Source: a virus. From it: a stretch of DNA of 25,422 nt. The stretch lies in the UHGV virus genome UHGV-0247665; one strand, 5' to 3'. Under the pieces are notes generated by a model. That model saw only the letters and a list, made by a program, of their open reading frames with translations, did not search any database and was not told the DNA's origin. Below, piece by piece: positions 4,567-15,454 of this stretch; the stretch's first letter is position 1; every line of letters begins with the position of its first letter. Position numbers and translations under genes: made by a program.

Positions 4567-7041
4567 TTATTGCGGAGTGACATCCTGTGGTCGCCACCAG
4601 TATGTCTGGTTAAACTCTTTCTTCGAACGTTGCTCCATTTTACGCAAATAGCCTGGTGAAAAATACTCCTGCATCTGGTTAAAGATCATGTGATCGAGAG
4701 CCGCCTTCAAGTACCAGAGATTCGCACCAGGCATCAAACCTTTCCCCAGCTTCACCAGATCACCACCAGTCTGCTCACTCTTCCCTTCCACAGCATTTAA
4801 CGGTATGCCCTGAGCAATCTTCACTACGTCATCAACCAGACCAGCTACCGGGCCAAGCATCGACGCCAGCGCGCCGCTTCCGTACCTAGTGTGATCTGAC
4901 AATAAAAAGTCACCGTAAAGGCCAAGACCACCACCTTTCAGTAGAGCACCAAGCCAGAATTTTGCGGCATCTTCTCCTGTCATCTCTCGAGGATTACGAC
5001 CAGACGCAAGGTCGTTAAGTTGCTGCGACAAAGCGCCAAGAATGGTCGTACTGGCAATAAACGTCGCAATATATGCCGCACGCCCACCAGCAGACGGCAT
5101 ACCCATAGCGCGTGACCAGTGACGCATAACAACCGAGATAGGGAACGATTTAAACAGGAAAACACTTCTCGTTAATTCACCTTTCCATGTTCCACGCTGA
5201 ATACCAGAACCGGTTATCAGTTGCTCACGTGCTCCCGGTGTAATAACAGCCATATCAACTTCTTCAGTTACGGCACCGAGCAGTTTACGCATTGCCTCAA
5301 ATTTCACGCGTTCAGGCTCACCAAGATGTTTAACTGCTGAATCAGAGATACGCATAATGCTTTCCGGTGTCAGCATCGTATTATTACCGTTCCCCCAGTC
5401 CTCCTGTTTCGCCAGCTTCCATACGCTCCAGTCTGTGTCAGTAATCCCTTTGCTTTTCAGGATACGAAAATCAGAGTCATCGAGGCTACGAAGGTCTGGT
5501 GTCCGTGACACTACTTCTCCCAGGCTTCCCATCATGGTTACGCCATAGGCGCGCTTGTGCGCATCTGACCATGCTGTAAGCCCACTGGCACGCATTACCG
5601 CCGTTGCCGCCCAACGAGACACTGACGGCCCCATATTATCCATCGCCCAGCGGTTAACGCTGCCAAGTAGAGATTCCATCGCCAGACCAGCGCGGCGCGC
5701 CCGCGCAAGTTCTGTACGGTTCGTTGGGTCCATAGCTTCAAGCTGGTTGCGGAATAACTGGTTCATTGGAAGGTTGGTAACCTTCGCAGACAGATACATG
5801 GTTCCAAGATCAGAGAACGATGACAGCAACGCGGATCCGAGTCTGCTGGCAACCAGCCAGTTGCGGATATTGTCAGACCATCGCGCGATGTGCGGATTCG
5901 CTACAGGCTGTGTCTTTCCGGAAATAAAGTTGTACAGATTCTCTGTGTTGTTCGCCAGCCGCTCGACTTTACCGGTTTTACTCGGGTTAGCTGTTGCCGT
6001 TTCTGCCTTCACCTGATCAAGAAGAGAGCGGAAAACATGATCGGGGTTTGGGCCATATGTTTCCACCAGTGCAATATCTTTACTGATACCTTCCAGGTGA
6101 CCGACCATGATTTCCCATAGAGAGCGATCGCCATAAAGTTGCTGATATTGCAGATAGGAATCTGCATCTTTGAAATGTATCTGTCGTGATGCATTACCAC
6201 GGTTAGCACGTGCGCCGGAAATTCGCATTCCGGTATCAGTAAGCTTATTCAGCCCACCAGTAGCGATCGTGTTATAAGCCTCTCCAAGAAATGAAGACAA
6301 CTCGGCATCGTTCATCAGTTGTCCATCGGCTCGGATATAATATTTGCGATCCAGCTTACCTATAACATCGCTAACCCACTTATCCTTTGATACTGCCCCA
6401 ACCTTTTCCATAGAATGATGTTGAGGGATCCCCCAGTTTTCGAGATAGCCAATGTCCCCACCAGCATCATTAAACCGGCGGCGCAGCAGCTCTGTAACTT
6501 CTCTCCACGCCTTAGCACCGTTTCTTGCTTTAGCATTGCCAGTATTTTGCCCCCGCATTTCATATACCAGGTCACGTACGCCCGCTTCATCTTCAAACAG
6601 ACCAAAAAAGCGAGGATCAACTGCTTCGAATGCCTCCTGCAATTGACTCAATGCATAATCACGGGTGGCTTTTGTTCTGGATTCAACAGAGAGGAAATTA
6701 GATTTACCGTCTGCATTAAAAGCTATAGTACGGTTAAGAGCGCCAAGTTTCCCATCAGCCCCTTGATAGCTATTGATAAATTTATCCAATCTCTGACGCG
6801 CGGCTATAGTGAGAGCCACACGACGTTTCTTTAATGCCGCTTCTCGCTGTAATTCTTCAGATGCCAATTGTGCTGCTCGATATAGCCGCTCTGATTCGGA
6901 AAGTTGTCGCCACGACATAGGGTCATCACGAGCAATGGAGCGCATATTTCGATAAATGCGGTCTTCAATGTTCTGTATTTCTCGCGCCGTTAACATGCGC
7001 TGCGCCGCCTGCTGAACCGCTTGTATACATTCCTGTCTCAT
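4567..7041 (-). CDS. Internal virion / ejection protein (824 aa)
   Basis: ORF track. Last large gene of the minus-strand core-protein block, with a Gly-rich hydrophobic C-terminal region typical of membrane-inserting ejection proteins. Functional analogue of T7 gp14-16 by position and size only. Confidence 0.75.
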   Translation of the reverse strand: MRQECIQAVQQAAQRMLTAREIQNIEDRIYRNMRSIARDDPMSWRQLSESERLYRAAQLASEELQREAALKKRRVALTIAARQRLDKFINSYQGADGKLGALNRTIAFNADGKSNFLSVESRTKATRDYALSQLQEAFEAVDPRFFGLFEDEAGVRDLVYEMRGQNTGNAKARNGAKAWREVTELLRRRFNDAGGDIGYLENWGIPQHHSMEKVGAVSKDKWVSDVIGKLDRKYYIRADGQLMNDAELSSFLGEAYNTIATGGLNKLTDTGMRISGARANRGNASRQIHFKDADSYLQYQQLYGDRSLWEIMVGHLEGISKDIALVETYGPNPDHVFRSLLDQVKAETATANPSKTGKVERLANNTENLYNFISGKTQPVANPHIARWSDNIRNWLVASRLGSALLSSFSDLGTMYLSAKVTNLPMNQLFRNQLEAMDPTNRTELARARRAGLAMESLLGSVNRWAMDNMGPSVSRWAATAVMRASGLTAWSDAHKRAYGVTMMGSLGEVVSRTPDLRSLDDSDFRILKSKGITDTDWSVWKLAKQEDWGNGNNTMLTPESIMRISDSAVKHLGEPERVKFEAMRKLLGAVTEEVDMAVITPGAREQLITGSGIQRGTWKGELTRSVFLFKSFPISVVMRHWSRAMGMPSAGGRAAYIATFIASTTILGALSQQLNDLASGRNPREMTGEDAAKFWLGALLKGGGLGLYGDFLLSDHTRYGSGALASMLGPVAGLVDDVVKIAQGIPLNAVEGKSEQTGGDLVKLGKGLMPGANLWYLKAALDHMIFNQMQEYFSPGYLRKMEQRSKKEFNQTYWWRPQDVTPQ

Positions 7042-7046
7042 TTAAT

Positions 7047-8849
7047 TTAACCTCTCAAGAAACACGCCACAGCGACATCAAACAGGCTGGAATCCTGTAT
7101 TGCCTGCTCACTTTCCCTGTTCGCTTCATCCAGTGCTTCACGCGCACTGCGCGATTGTGGATTACCATCATCATCCAGCACGGTGATTATCATGTCAGGT
7201 GATTCAAGCAGCGAGTCTTCAGCTATGCGCAAATCAATATCTCCTGCCTGATCTGACATCATTTTTTGTTCTGCCTGTTGCAATATTTTATCAGGCTCAA
7301 AAGGAGCTACTTCGTCTGGCGTCCTGACCTCTGCTGTTTTATAGAATGAAACAGCCTGAGCATTAAGTTCACTTTCTGCCTGCTGTCTCCGAGCCAGTTC
7401 TGCTCGAGCTTCAAAAAACTGACCGCCAGGCTCATGCGGTGCCAACGCGTTACGAGAAAATTCCAGGCGTTCTTGTGCCTGCCGGATTCGTTGGTCAATA
7501 TCGCGAAGTCTGGCCTGTTTATCTGATCGAGCACGAGATAAAGCCTTACCGCTACCGGCTGGATCTTCTGCAAGAATTTGTGCGCGCTGTTCAGTGAGAT
7601 TTTCAATAATTCGTTGGCTATTAGCGATTTCAGACTGGTAAACCTGTCTATCGCCACGCGGCAAAAGCTGCGCGGCCTGTTCTTCAAGCAACCGATTTTC
7701 TATAGCGCGCGCCGTTACTCCATCATCTACAGATGACAGAGCCTCATTAACTGCCTGAGACAGCAGACTCTTGCGTCCAGGAATTTCACTGAAAGATGCA
7801 GACTCAACAATGCTGGCAACGTCTACAGGTCTCCCCTGGCTAACATCAGACATGGCTTTTCGCAGAGCCTGAATGTGCGAATTACGCGAAAGCACGTTGA
7901 TCGGCACGCCGGGAGCAATATCAATTTCAGCATGATGAGCGGCATTCGCCGCCAGTGCAGCATCGATATCAACTGGTGAAAAATTTGGTGCGCTTGTAGA
8001 CTCGCCGCGAGAGTTAATAAATCTGCCGACACCACCAAACGCCACCCCAAGAACAGCATCAATAGCAATTGCCTGTCGATCCAACACATCATACTGGTTA
8101 GCCATTTCGCTATAGCCACCATCACGAAGCGTTTTTGCAGTAAGCCCACGCTGTGCCATACCGAACGCAATATTTGTACCTGCGGCATAGGCAATATCTG
8201 GCGTTGCACGTACTGCTGTTGCTGCGGCGCGTCGCACTGAACTTTCACCCGTCCGCGCAAGCTGAGCCGCCACACCTTCCGCCAGCGCACCACCAGCACG
8301 TAACCCGAGGCTCATAGGGATCAGTGTTCCGGCACCAGCAGTAATACCCTGCACTAATCCCGCTTCCTGCGCCGTCCTGAAATCAACACCCTGTGCTGTA
8401 AGCCGTTCAAACTCAGAAAAACCCTGTAGAGAAGTTACCGCCGCAGCACCTCCGACCGGACCACCGAGCGTTGTACCGACAACAGCCTGCCCGCCCATAT
8501 CGAACAACCCATAAAGGACCTGCCCGGCGGTTCCGGTTGTCGCGGCATCAGGCGTCAGCCGCTTAACCTGCTGCTCTGCTAGTTTTCTCTGCTCAGCAAT
8601 GTATGAAACTGAAGTGTCATTGATCGAGGTGTTTTCGTTAACAAACTGAGCAATCGGGGATACGATTTTATCCATCCCTGCCCATAGCAACTGATCTGGC
8701 TTTGCCACCAGCCCGGAGTACAAACCAGACAATGCCGCTCCTACAGCATTGTCGAAAAAACCAACATCGCTGTTAAAACCAGCTGGATTTGATGCTGCTT
8801 CGTCAAGCTGCTGATTCTGGTTTACTGGATTAAGGCCAAAGTAACTCAT
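7047..8849 (-). CDS. Internal virion / ejection protein (600 aa), Gly/Ala-rich
   Basis: ORF track. Contiguous with its neighbours at 5-nt spacing or 4-nt overlap. Long Gly/Ala-rich hydrophobic stretch. Confidence 0.75.
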   Translation of the reverse strand: MSYFGLNPVNQNQQLDEAASNPAGFNSDVGFFDNAVGAALSGLYSGLVAKPDQLLWAGMDKIVSPIAQFVNENTSINDTSVSYIAEQRKLAEQQVKRLTPDAATTGTAGQVLYGLFDMGGQAVVGTTLGGPVGGAAAVTSLQGFSEFERLTAQGVDFRTAQEAGLVQGITAGAGTLIPMSLGLRAGGALAEGVAAQLARTGESSVRRAAATAVRATPDIAYAAGTNIAFGMAQRGLTAKTLRDGGYSEMANQYDVLDRQAIAIDAVLGVAFGGVGRFINSRGESTSAPNFSPVDIDAALAANAAHHAEIDIAPGVPINVLSRNSHIQALRKAMSDVSQGRPVDVASIVESASFSEIPGRKSLLSQAVNEALSSVDDGVTARAIENRLLEEQAAQLLPRGDRQVYQSEIANSQRIIENLTEQRAQILAEDPAGSGKALSRARSDKQARLRDIDQRIRQAQERLEFSRNALAPHEPGGQFFEARAELARRQQAESELNAQAVSFYKTAEVRTPDEVAPFEPDKILQQAEQKMMSDQAGDIDLRIAEDSLLESPDMIITVLDDDGNPQSRSAREALDEANRESEQAIQDSSLFDVAVACFLRG

Positions 8850-11359
8850 TGCGGAATATCTCCGGAGAATCTCTGACGCTTCTGTGTCAGATTAAGAACA
8901 ACGGGAGAACCATCATCTTTCAGCAGATAACCAGTACCAAGTTTCACCAGGTACTGACTATCGCCGTAACTTTGCAAACCATACTGACCAGGCGGTGTTT
9001 TTATCCCGGAGCCGACAACTTGTTCATTCCAAGCCTGATTAACCTGCTTATCGAATTGCTCTGCAGACATTCCCCACGGCAAAAGGACATTCCCCATTCC
9101 GTTATAGTCATGCACGCCACCTGTAGCTACGTTAACAGCCTGTTTCCAGACATCATTGTCAATTTCGCCTGATACCACGCCTTTTTTCGCCATCACACCA
9201 GCGTAATAATCCTTTGCGATCTCGTATGCCATTGATGCGCCCTGAGCGTCACCAGCAAATGCATCCTTCACCATGTCAGAAAACTCAAGGCGAAGATCAG
9301 CATCTTTAGGCATCGGAATACCTTTCGCATCATCAGTACCTTTACGAGCCGCCGCGCCAGCAAGAATTGTCTGCGCAGCGGTTTCAGGAGACACGGAAAC
9401 ATCCGGATTAAACCAGTTTTTTTCTGCCAAAATACCACCAGGCTTATCCATCAGTATCCCGGCAACGGCAGCAGATGGAGCGTTGGCACTGATCTGCTGT
9501 AGTGCTGACATATACACCTGCCCACCACCAGTGCTCTGCCTGATGGTATCGAGATATGCTGCCTGTTGGGAAACTGGAGCATCACGAAAGAAAACACCGA
9601 TCTGATTGGCCTCGTCTTTGGAAAAGAACGTCAGTGGAGTGCCATATGACTTAGCAAGGTCACTGACCTGAGCGGCACGCAAGGCAACGCTCTGTCCAAA
9701 GTTATCCTTATTGCTCATGTCGATAGGCTTTGCCTGTCCGGAGGCAAGAGAGAACTGCACAGGATCCGACTGCCGCTGCTTTATCACCTGATTTGCAGCC
9801 GAAACAACGTTGTCATAAAGAGTTGCGCGTGCCGCATACCCCTCCCCTGTATCACCAGTATCCGGGCGTAATTGCTCAACATATGCTGTAATGCTGCTTG
9901 TCGGCATGTTGCGGAAAGAGCCTATATACTGTCCGGCGATCTGCGTATTCTTAAACTCGGTATATCGCAGGTTTCCTTCTCTGACTCCATAAGCTGCAAT
10001 AAAATCATCCTCACCAGGTGGGTTAGGAAATTCAATGCCACGCATATACGCAGCCGTCGCATCGCGAACCCGGCTGTCGAGCATCGTTTTATATTCAGCC
10101 TGCTGTTGTCTGGCTAGTGCATCAGTCTGTCGCAACACGCTGGCCTGATCTGATTCACTTAAAGCATCGAACCAGGCTACACCGGTATAACGTTTATTTT
10201 TTGTCGGTAGCTGAGAAAGCCCCAGCGCAGCACTAACACCTGCAGTTAACTGCTGATCACTGTATGGCTGGCTACCGTTTTCATGATGGATAATGGCTGC
10301 ACAAAGCGCCTTCAGGGTATCAGGATTTGATGCATCGAGAGGCTCATCAGCAGAAACGCCAAGTTGTTCGCACACTGCTTTGATATACGACATAGTGTCA
10401 TTTTTATCAGTAGGCGGTGCCCAGCGATTAATTATCTCGCTGACGGTATCAATACCCTGCCGCTGATACGACATCAGGTTCCGCCCTAATGCACGAATAC
10501 CGTGTTCAGGGGTTTCGAATTTGGCAAAGCGACCATCATCACCAGTCTGCCCAACCCACGGATTAGTTTTGCTGTATTCAAGATTGCCGGGGTTATTGTT
10601 GCGTATACCGCGGGTACGATCGGAAGAGCCACTATCTGCTACAGCACGGCGAGAACCAGCAGCAGTATCGCTTAACTCGCCGTTTTGCTGTCTTACCTGA
10701 AGATAGTTTGCTCCAATAGCATTTTGAGCAGTTGCTTTTGCTGTTGCTTCTTTAAACTCGATTTTCTTGGCCTGGATTTGCTCGTCACTCCAGCCATGTG
10801 CAATGCCGTAATCCTCAATTTGCTGGAAAGTTTGCTTATTAGCCAATACGTATGCGGCGTTGTCGCCATACAATGCTGCGGCATTTTTACCATTGTTCAG
10901 CAGCGTAGCCTGAAACTGGCCTTCTTCGTAGGCATTTATTTGCCCTATCTCGTGCCGCCCGGCCTGCGTAGTGAACTGAATGCGCTGCTGCTGCGCCTGC
11001 TGCATGAAAGCATTACGAGCCTGTTCATCCGGCAGCGACATAGCCAGTTGTTCGACCTGAGCATCAAACTGCTGCGTATACTCCTGACCTTTTCCAATAG
11101 CATTTTTCCCTTTCAGGTTAAGCAAACCTGTTTCAGGATTATTCAGCAGATCGCTGCTTATCTGGCTTAAGCTAAGAGAAGCATCCTGAGCCATAGCAAC
11201 ATTCGCACGCTGTTTTGCCTGCGCAATAATACCTGCATATTGCTCTGCAACATCGCCAAGTACATCACCGACATTTGGTGTCTGAAACGATGAGAATCCC
11301 TGCGTCGAAATCCCTCTGCTCTGAACCTGACGGCCCGATGTTGTTGGTACAACTGGCAT
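8846..11359 (-). CDS. Internal virion protein (837 aa) with a conserved internal block (GIRNNNPGNLEYSKTNPW...)
   Basis: ORF track. Position in the core-protein block; the conserved-looking block at about aa 251-310 (about nt 10430-10609) has no function I can assign. Confidence 0.75.
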   Translation of the reverse strand: MPVVPTTSGRQVQSRGISTQGFSSFQTPNVGDVLGDVAEQYAGIIAQAKQRANVAMAQDASLSLSQISSDLLNNPETGLLNLKGKNAIGKGQEYTQQFDAQVEQLAMSLPDEQARNAFMQQAQQQRIQFTTQAGRHEIGQINAYEEGQFQATLLNNGKNAAALYGDNAAYVLANKQTFQQIEDYGIAHGWSDEQIQAKKIEFKEATAKATAQNAIGANYLQVRQQNGELSDTAAGSRRAVADSGSSDRTRGIRNNNPGNLEYSKTNPWVGQTGDDGRFAKFETPEHGIRALGRNLMSYQRQGIDTVSEIINRWAPPTDKNDTMSYIKAVCEQLGVSADEPLDASNPDTLKALCAAIIHHENGSQPYSDQQLTAGVSAALGLSQLPTKNKRYTGVAWFDALSESDQASVLRQTDALARQQQAEYKTMLDSRVRDATAAYMRGIEFPNPPGEDDFIAAYGVREGNLRYTEFKNTQIAGQYIGSFRNMPTSSITAYVEQLRPDTGDTGEGYAARATLYDNVVSAANQVIKQRQSDPVQFSLASGQAKPIDMSNKDNFGQSVALRAAQVSDLAKSYGTPLTFFSKDEANQIGVFFRDAPVSQQAAYLDTIRQSTGGGQVYMSALQQISANAPSAAVAGILMDKPGGILAEKNWFNPDVSVSPETAAQTILAGAAARKGTDDAKGIPMPKDADLRLEFSDMVKDAFAGDAQGASMAYEIAKDYYAGVMAKKGVVSGEIDNDVWKQAVNVATGGVHDYNGMGNVLLPWGMSAEQFDKQVNQAWNEQVVGSGIKTPPGQYGLQSYGDSQYLVKLGTGYLLKDDGSPVVLNLTQKRQRFSGDIPQ

Positions 11360-11371
11360 CTTATTATCCCC

Positions 11372-11911
11372 TTATCGACCGGTTGGAGTGCCAACAGCAG
11401 CAGAAATCGGCGCAGCCTTCTGAGAGAACGGGCTCCACGTTCCGCCGCCCATCTGGTATGCACCGTATGCTTTTAGTGGTGCCGTTAACAAAGTGCTGGT
11501 CATCGATGATTTAGCAGCCGACTGAGCAGCAGCCCCCTGTGCCTGAGCATTCATTCCCTGAACCTGATACCCATATGCCTCACGCTGAGCATTATTCACT
11601 GTCGTTAACGCATCAAGAGTGCCGAACTGAGCATTATCCGCAAAAACGTCAAGAGCTGTTCCGCTACTTAATTCCGCACCGGTAGCCCCCATAGTGGCCG
11701 CCGCAGTGCCTGAGCGTTGACGCATTTCACGACGACGCTGATCCGCTTCAATATTCCCACGATTGATTGAATCCTGTGCCTGAGCTTCAGCAATTTCAGC
11801 ATTCCGATCAGCTATGGCTGACTGGTATTTTGCCTGCTTGCTCTGGCTGTACATTGACGCGGCTGTGGATGCCACTGTGACGGCAACCAAAGCGATGGCT
11901 GGGTTACACAT
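11372..11911 (-). CDS. Small internal virion protein (179 aa) with N-terminal transmembrane helix
   Basis: ORF track. N-terminal hydrophobic segment AIALVAVTVASTAASMY followed by a Gln/Ala-rich region. Lies between the nozzle and the large core proteins. Confidence 0.65.
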   Translation of the reverse strand: MCNPAIALVAVTVASTAASMYSQSKQAKYQSAIADRNAEIAEAQAQDSINRGNIEADQRRREMRQRSGTAAATMGATGAELSSGTALDVFADNAQFGTLDALTTVNNAQREAYGYQVQGMNAQAQGAAAQSAAKSSMTSTLLTAPLKAYGAYQMGGGTWSPFSQKAAPISAAVGTPTGR

Positions 11912-12375
11912 TATTTTCTCTCCATGTGAAATCTGTGGAAATTAAGACCAAGAGCACCATAAGGCGCGGCTTCTTCAAGCCTGAATCCAAGCCAGTGCAG
12001 CCATGCTTTGGCAACATGGTTTCGCTCGTCGACGTAGTTTTCCAGGCGCGGATAAACTGCCAGCATCTGCTGCAATACAGGGCGGCAGTGGCGAAGAAAT
12101 GTCTTCTGATATTTTTCAATACGGCTGGTTCCTACCAGCCAGGGCGTACCATTGCCACCGATCATTGACGCCGGAGATACGCCAAACATGGTTACCAGTT
12201 CTCCGTTCGCAAATCCTGACCAGGCCATAGTCGCAGTACGCAGACCAACACGCAGCGCATCTTCGGTAGTCATCAGTGATACCGCATACAGTTCGTCAAT
12301 ATCAGCCTGACGAACATCCGGCAAAATCATCTGAAGATGCTCTTCGGTTGCGGGAATAATTTGAACATCGATCAT
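11911..12375 (-). CDS. Hypothetical virion/assembly protein (154 aa)
   Basis: ORF track. Start and stop overlap the adjacent genes, indicating translational coupling within the structural operon. Confidence 0.65.
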   Translation of the reverse strand: MIDVQIIPATEEHLQMILPDVRQADIDELYAVSLMTTEDALRVGLRTATMAWSGFANGELVTMFGVSPASMIGGNGTPWLVGTSRIEKYQKTFLRHCRPVLQQMLAVYPRLENYVDERNHVAKAWLHWLGFRLEEAAPYGALGLNFHRFHMERK

Positions 12376-14846
12376 CAGAACCCACCAACAGTAAGGCGAG
12401 GAATAACGGCAAGAACAGACAGCGGCAACGGATCAAGCTGACGGATTTTTACACGTCCGTTTTTTCCCCAGTTACTGTCCAGTTTCACTTCTACTTTTCC
12501 GGTAGCATCATCAACAGGATCATCGTAGAACTCGAATTCACGCTGTGGATATTCGTACCATTTACCGCCGGGCGTAGTCGCCCAGATGCCGCGACTGGCA
12601 TTCACAACCAGAGTAACGGAGGGGATCACCTGTTTTTTGTCCAGCAGCGTTTCCTGTCCGTTAATGTTGATATCCAGTGTTTCGAATTCAGCAGTTATTG
12701 GCAGGCCGATGTGCACTACAGCCCCCGGAGATTCCAGCGTGACGGCACCTCCGGAAACCACTTTCTGTGGTTCCACGTTCGCATCAGAGAGAATGTTTAC
12801 GGTCTGGCCTTCAAGATGAGACAGGCCTCCAAATGTCCGGCGCGCCATCTGCCAGTTCGTGGTGGCCACATTCCTGAGGGATGGCGGGACGTTCCTGTTA
12901 GCACGAACCACTACAGCGGTATTGCTGGTTACAGAAATAATGTCGCAACGTAATTCTTTTGACACCTCATCGCCAGTATCAGGATCAGTTCCGGTATAAG
13001 GGAACTGTAGTTGCGCGCCGACATCACTACTGGTGAAGTACGCACCACCAGAAACACTGATTGTATATTCCGCGCGGTAATCCCATTCGCCAGAACCACC
13101 AGTGATGATCATCGTTCTGTCAGACGTATTTCTTCCATCATAGCTAAGGCCAGAATCAACAAAGAAAGCATCTTCATCGCTGGTAAATAAACGGCTGGAC
13201 AGTCGCTCGATGTATCTCACTGTTTGCCCGTTAACGGTTCGGTTAACGACGAAATACACCGCATCTTCATTGCCTTCGCTGATACTGCATGTGCTTTCAT
13301 ATTTTCCGGTACTGGATTGTGGTGCCCATGCAAAAACCTGCTGATCACGCAAATAGGTCATCACCAGTAATTTACCGTCATCACGGATGCAGAAGGCGCT
13401 GGAGTAAGGGACTATTGAGAAGCACCAGTCAACAATGCTGTGCTTCTGAAAAAGATGATTGGCAAGGATAGTAAGGTCGTTCCCCTGATAGCCGTCAACA
13501 TCGAATGAGTAGGCCAGATCACGGACAACACTGCCTTTCTCCTGGACGAACAGAGCAATATTCGCCACGGCAATTGGTGGGACATTGCTCGAGCCATTTG
13601 ATCCCTGAGAGCTGAATGCAAATGATGATGGGGTAAGCACTTTGTTCTGGTCGCCAGTGATGACGTACTCACCTCCGGAAGTCAGCGCCACCAGCGAACC
13701 AACATCAATCAGGTGACGGATCTCATTAACCTGACGCCCGGCATAGGTGTAGATAATTCTGTCGTCATCCTGCGTAGGATTGCTTTTGCCAAAATCCTTA
13801 TAATCCCCAGTACGGCTGGCCCAGATAGTCTGAGGGAACGCAGTCGATGCGGCGAAGTAAAGACGCTGTTGATAATAAACAACAGTGCCAGGATAACCAT
13901 TAACACTGTTCCAGGCATATTTAGCCCATTTATAGCTGGCATTATCCTCGCCAACGACCTGCGAAGGGATATAGGAAATCACCTCGGCAGTTGCAGTAGT
14001 GCCGTTTACAGCAGTGATACGGGTAATGCCAAAACCACTGTGCAGATACTCCCACTCAATGCCAGTATCATCATCACCGGATCCGCCCCAGCCATCCCAT
14101 GATGTGCCTTCTGTATGCGAAGGGCGCAAAGTACCTGTTTTGCCTGCTGTAACGGCGCGATAGTAGTTACTGTCTGCACGGCGAATATCGCCAATCGACG
14201 TACTCTTACTGGTTTCCCATACCGGCACAGAATCCACTGCAGGCTGTTCCAGATAGAACAATTTGCCTACCTGCTCCGCGCCAAAAATAGAGGCGCTTGC
14301 CGTTAACGTAATTGTCCCGGTGCTGGCGCTGGCATAAACCGTCACTGACTCGTCAATATTGATATCTTCAAATGGCCCGTTCTTCGTTACCACATCAACC
14401 AGTTGCCAGTTGTCATGCGCATAGCGGCGCAACTCTTTCGGCGGGTATGCCGGATGAACCAGCGTAAGCACGTCTGCGCTTTGCGTGAATTTAATTCGGA
14501 ACAGATCGGTTTCAGTATATGGCGTGGAAATTTCATAAATAACATTGCTGCTGTTCAGCACCAACGCACCATCTTTGATAACGCGCATATACTGGTGTCC
14601 GAACTCCAGAGCATAAGTCTGAACCGTCGAGAACTGGAACGGGATCAGGCGGCATTTCCGATTTGGGTATTTGGCGGCACCGACAAAACGCGTACCAGGT
14701 CGATTCTCAACTCCGCCATACTGCCGCACGATAAAGTTATCGCACTTGCGCAATGCCACCTGGTACTTCGCCATGTCGATACGACCGTACAACGACGGTC
14801 CAATCTCACCACCGGCAAAGCTGGGCTGGATCCAACTGATAGCCAT
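12375..14846 (-). CDS. Tail tubular protein B / nozzle (T7 gp12-like, 823 aa)
   Basis: ORF track. About 800 aa, immediately downstream of a gp11-like gene. Assigned by size, order and overall resemblance to T7 gp12; not verified by search. Confidence 0.65.
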   Translation of the reverse strand: MAISWIQPSFAGGEIGPSLYGRIDMAKYQVALRKCDNFIVRQYGGVENRPGTRFVGAAKYPNRKCRLIPFQFSTVQTYALEFGHQYMRVIKDGALVLNSSNVIYEISTPYTETDLFRIKFTQSADVLTLVHPAYPPKELRRYAHDNWQLVDVVTKNGPFEDINIDESVTVYASASTGTITLTASASIFGAEQVGKLFYLEQPAVDSVPVWETSKSTSIGDIRRADSNYYRAVTAGKTGTLRPSHTEGTSWDGWGGSGDDDTGIEWEYLHSGFGITRITAVNGTTATAEVISYIPSQVVGEDNASYKWAKYAWNSVNGYPGTVVYYQQRLYFAASTAFPQTIWASRTGDYKDFGKSNPTQDDDRIIYTYAGRQVNEIRHLIDVGSLVALTSGGEYVITGDQNKVLTPSSFAFSSQGSNGSSNVPPIAVANIALFVQEKGSVVRDLAYSFDVDGYQGNDLTILANHLFQKHSIVDWCFSIVPYSSAFCIRDDGKLLVMTYLRDQQVFAWAPQSSTGKYESTCSISEGNEDAVYFVVNRTVNGQTVRYIERLSSRLFTSDEDAFFVDSGLSYDGRNTSDRTMIITGGSGEWDYRAEYTISVSGGAYFTSSDVGAQLQFPYTGTDPDTGDEVSKELRCDIISVTSNTAVVVRANRNVPPSLRNVATTNWQMARRTFGGLSHLEGQTVNILSDANVEPQKVVSGGAVTLESPGAVVHIGLPITAEFETLDININGQETLLDKKQVIPSVTLVVNASRGIWATTPGGKWYEYPQREFEFYDDPVDDATGKVEVKLDSNWGKNGRVKIRQLDPLPLSVLAVIPRLTVGGF

Positions 14847-15454
14847 CAGGACAACCTCGCAATGGTAAACTCGTCAACCGGTGGCAGTGGTTCCTGTGAT
14901 TCATTCTGGCTATGCGAGCCAGCACTAAGAATCACGCGATTGTACATATTGAGGGCAAACGTACCGAGGTCTGCATTCCCAGTCAGCGCCATGTTAATAG
15001 CTGCCGCAAGACGCCAGGCCAACGCCTCCATAAAAATGGCATCAAACATGTTCACATCTGAAACGCGAGAGACATACTTGAGCCATGCCTGCGGCTGGTC
15101 TGTGTAGATCAACTTTCCTGTTCCGTTGGTGTCTGCACCAACTTCGTACTGAACGCGCATTGCTGCTGTTGGATTGCGTACACCAGGAAGCATAATTTCA
15201 GTAATGCGCAGACAATCGGACGGGTACTGATACGCATATTCCCAGTCAGGCGGTGGATTGCTCGTATCTGCAAGCGCCACGCGTTTGGTAGCAAAGTTCC
15301 AGTCAAAATCAGAAAGCACAGCATCACGGCAGGCCTCAAAGTGCAGCGAACATTCCCCCGCTTCCTTGCTGGCTTCCGTCAGGCTGTTAATGCTGCGGCT
15401 ATTGCCAATATTGGACAGCGCACGATTACAGATCTCTACTACAGAGGCCATCAC
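14846..15454 (-). CDS. Tail tubular protein A / adaptor (T7 gp11-like, 202 aa)
   Basis: ORF track. About 200 aa. Its N-terminal VEICNRALSNIGNSRSINSLTEASKEAGEC pattern resembles the T7 gp11 N-terminus; position upstream of the nozzle gene. Confidence 0.6.
   Translation of the reverse strand: MMASVVEICNRALSNIGNSRSINSLTEASKEAGECSLHFEACRDAVLSDFDWNFATKRVALADTSNPPPDWEYAYQYPSDCLRITEIMLPGVRNPTAAMRVQYEVGADTNGTGKLIYTDQPQAWLKYVSRVSDVNMFDAIFMEALAWRLAAAINMALTGNADLGTFALNMYNRVILSAGSHSQNESQEPLPPVDEFTIARLS

Noticed and set aside
4395-4583. ORF-track 62-aa frame overlapping the end of the 824-aa gene
   Set aside because: It starts inside the upstream gene without an SD. The alternative frame with AAAGGAG and tandem ATGs at 4558/4555 is better supported, though still unverified.
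4980-8299. Many nested ORFs on either strand inside the ejection-protein genes (for example 5555..6016, 6415..6834, 7307..7687, 7823..8299)
   Set aside because: They are embedded within long, contiguous, operon-coupled genes, lack ribosome-binding sites, and have skewed Arg/Ser/Leu-rich composition typical of out-of-frame translation.
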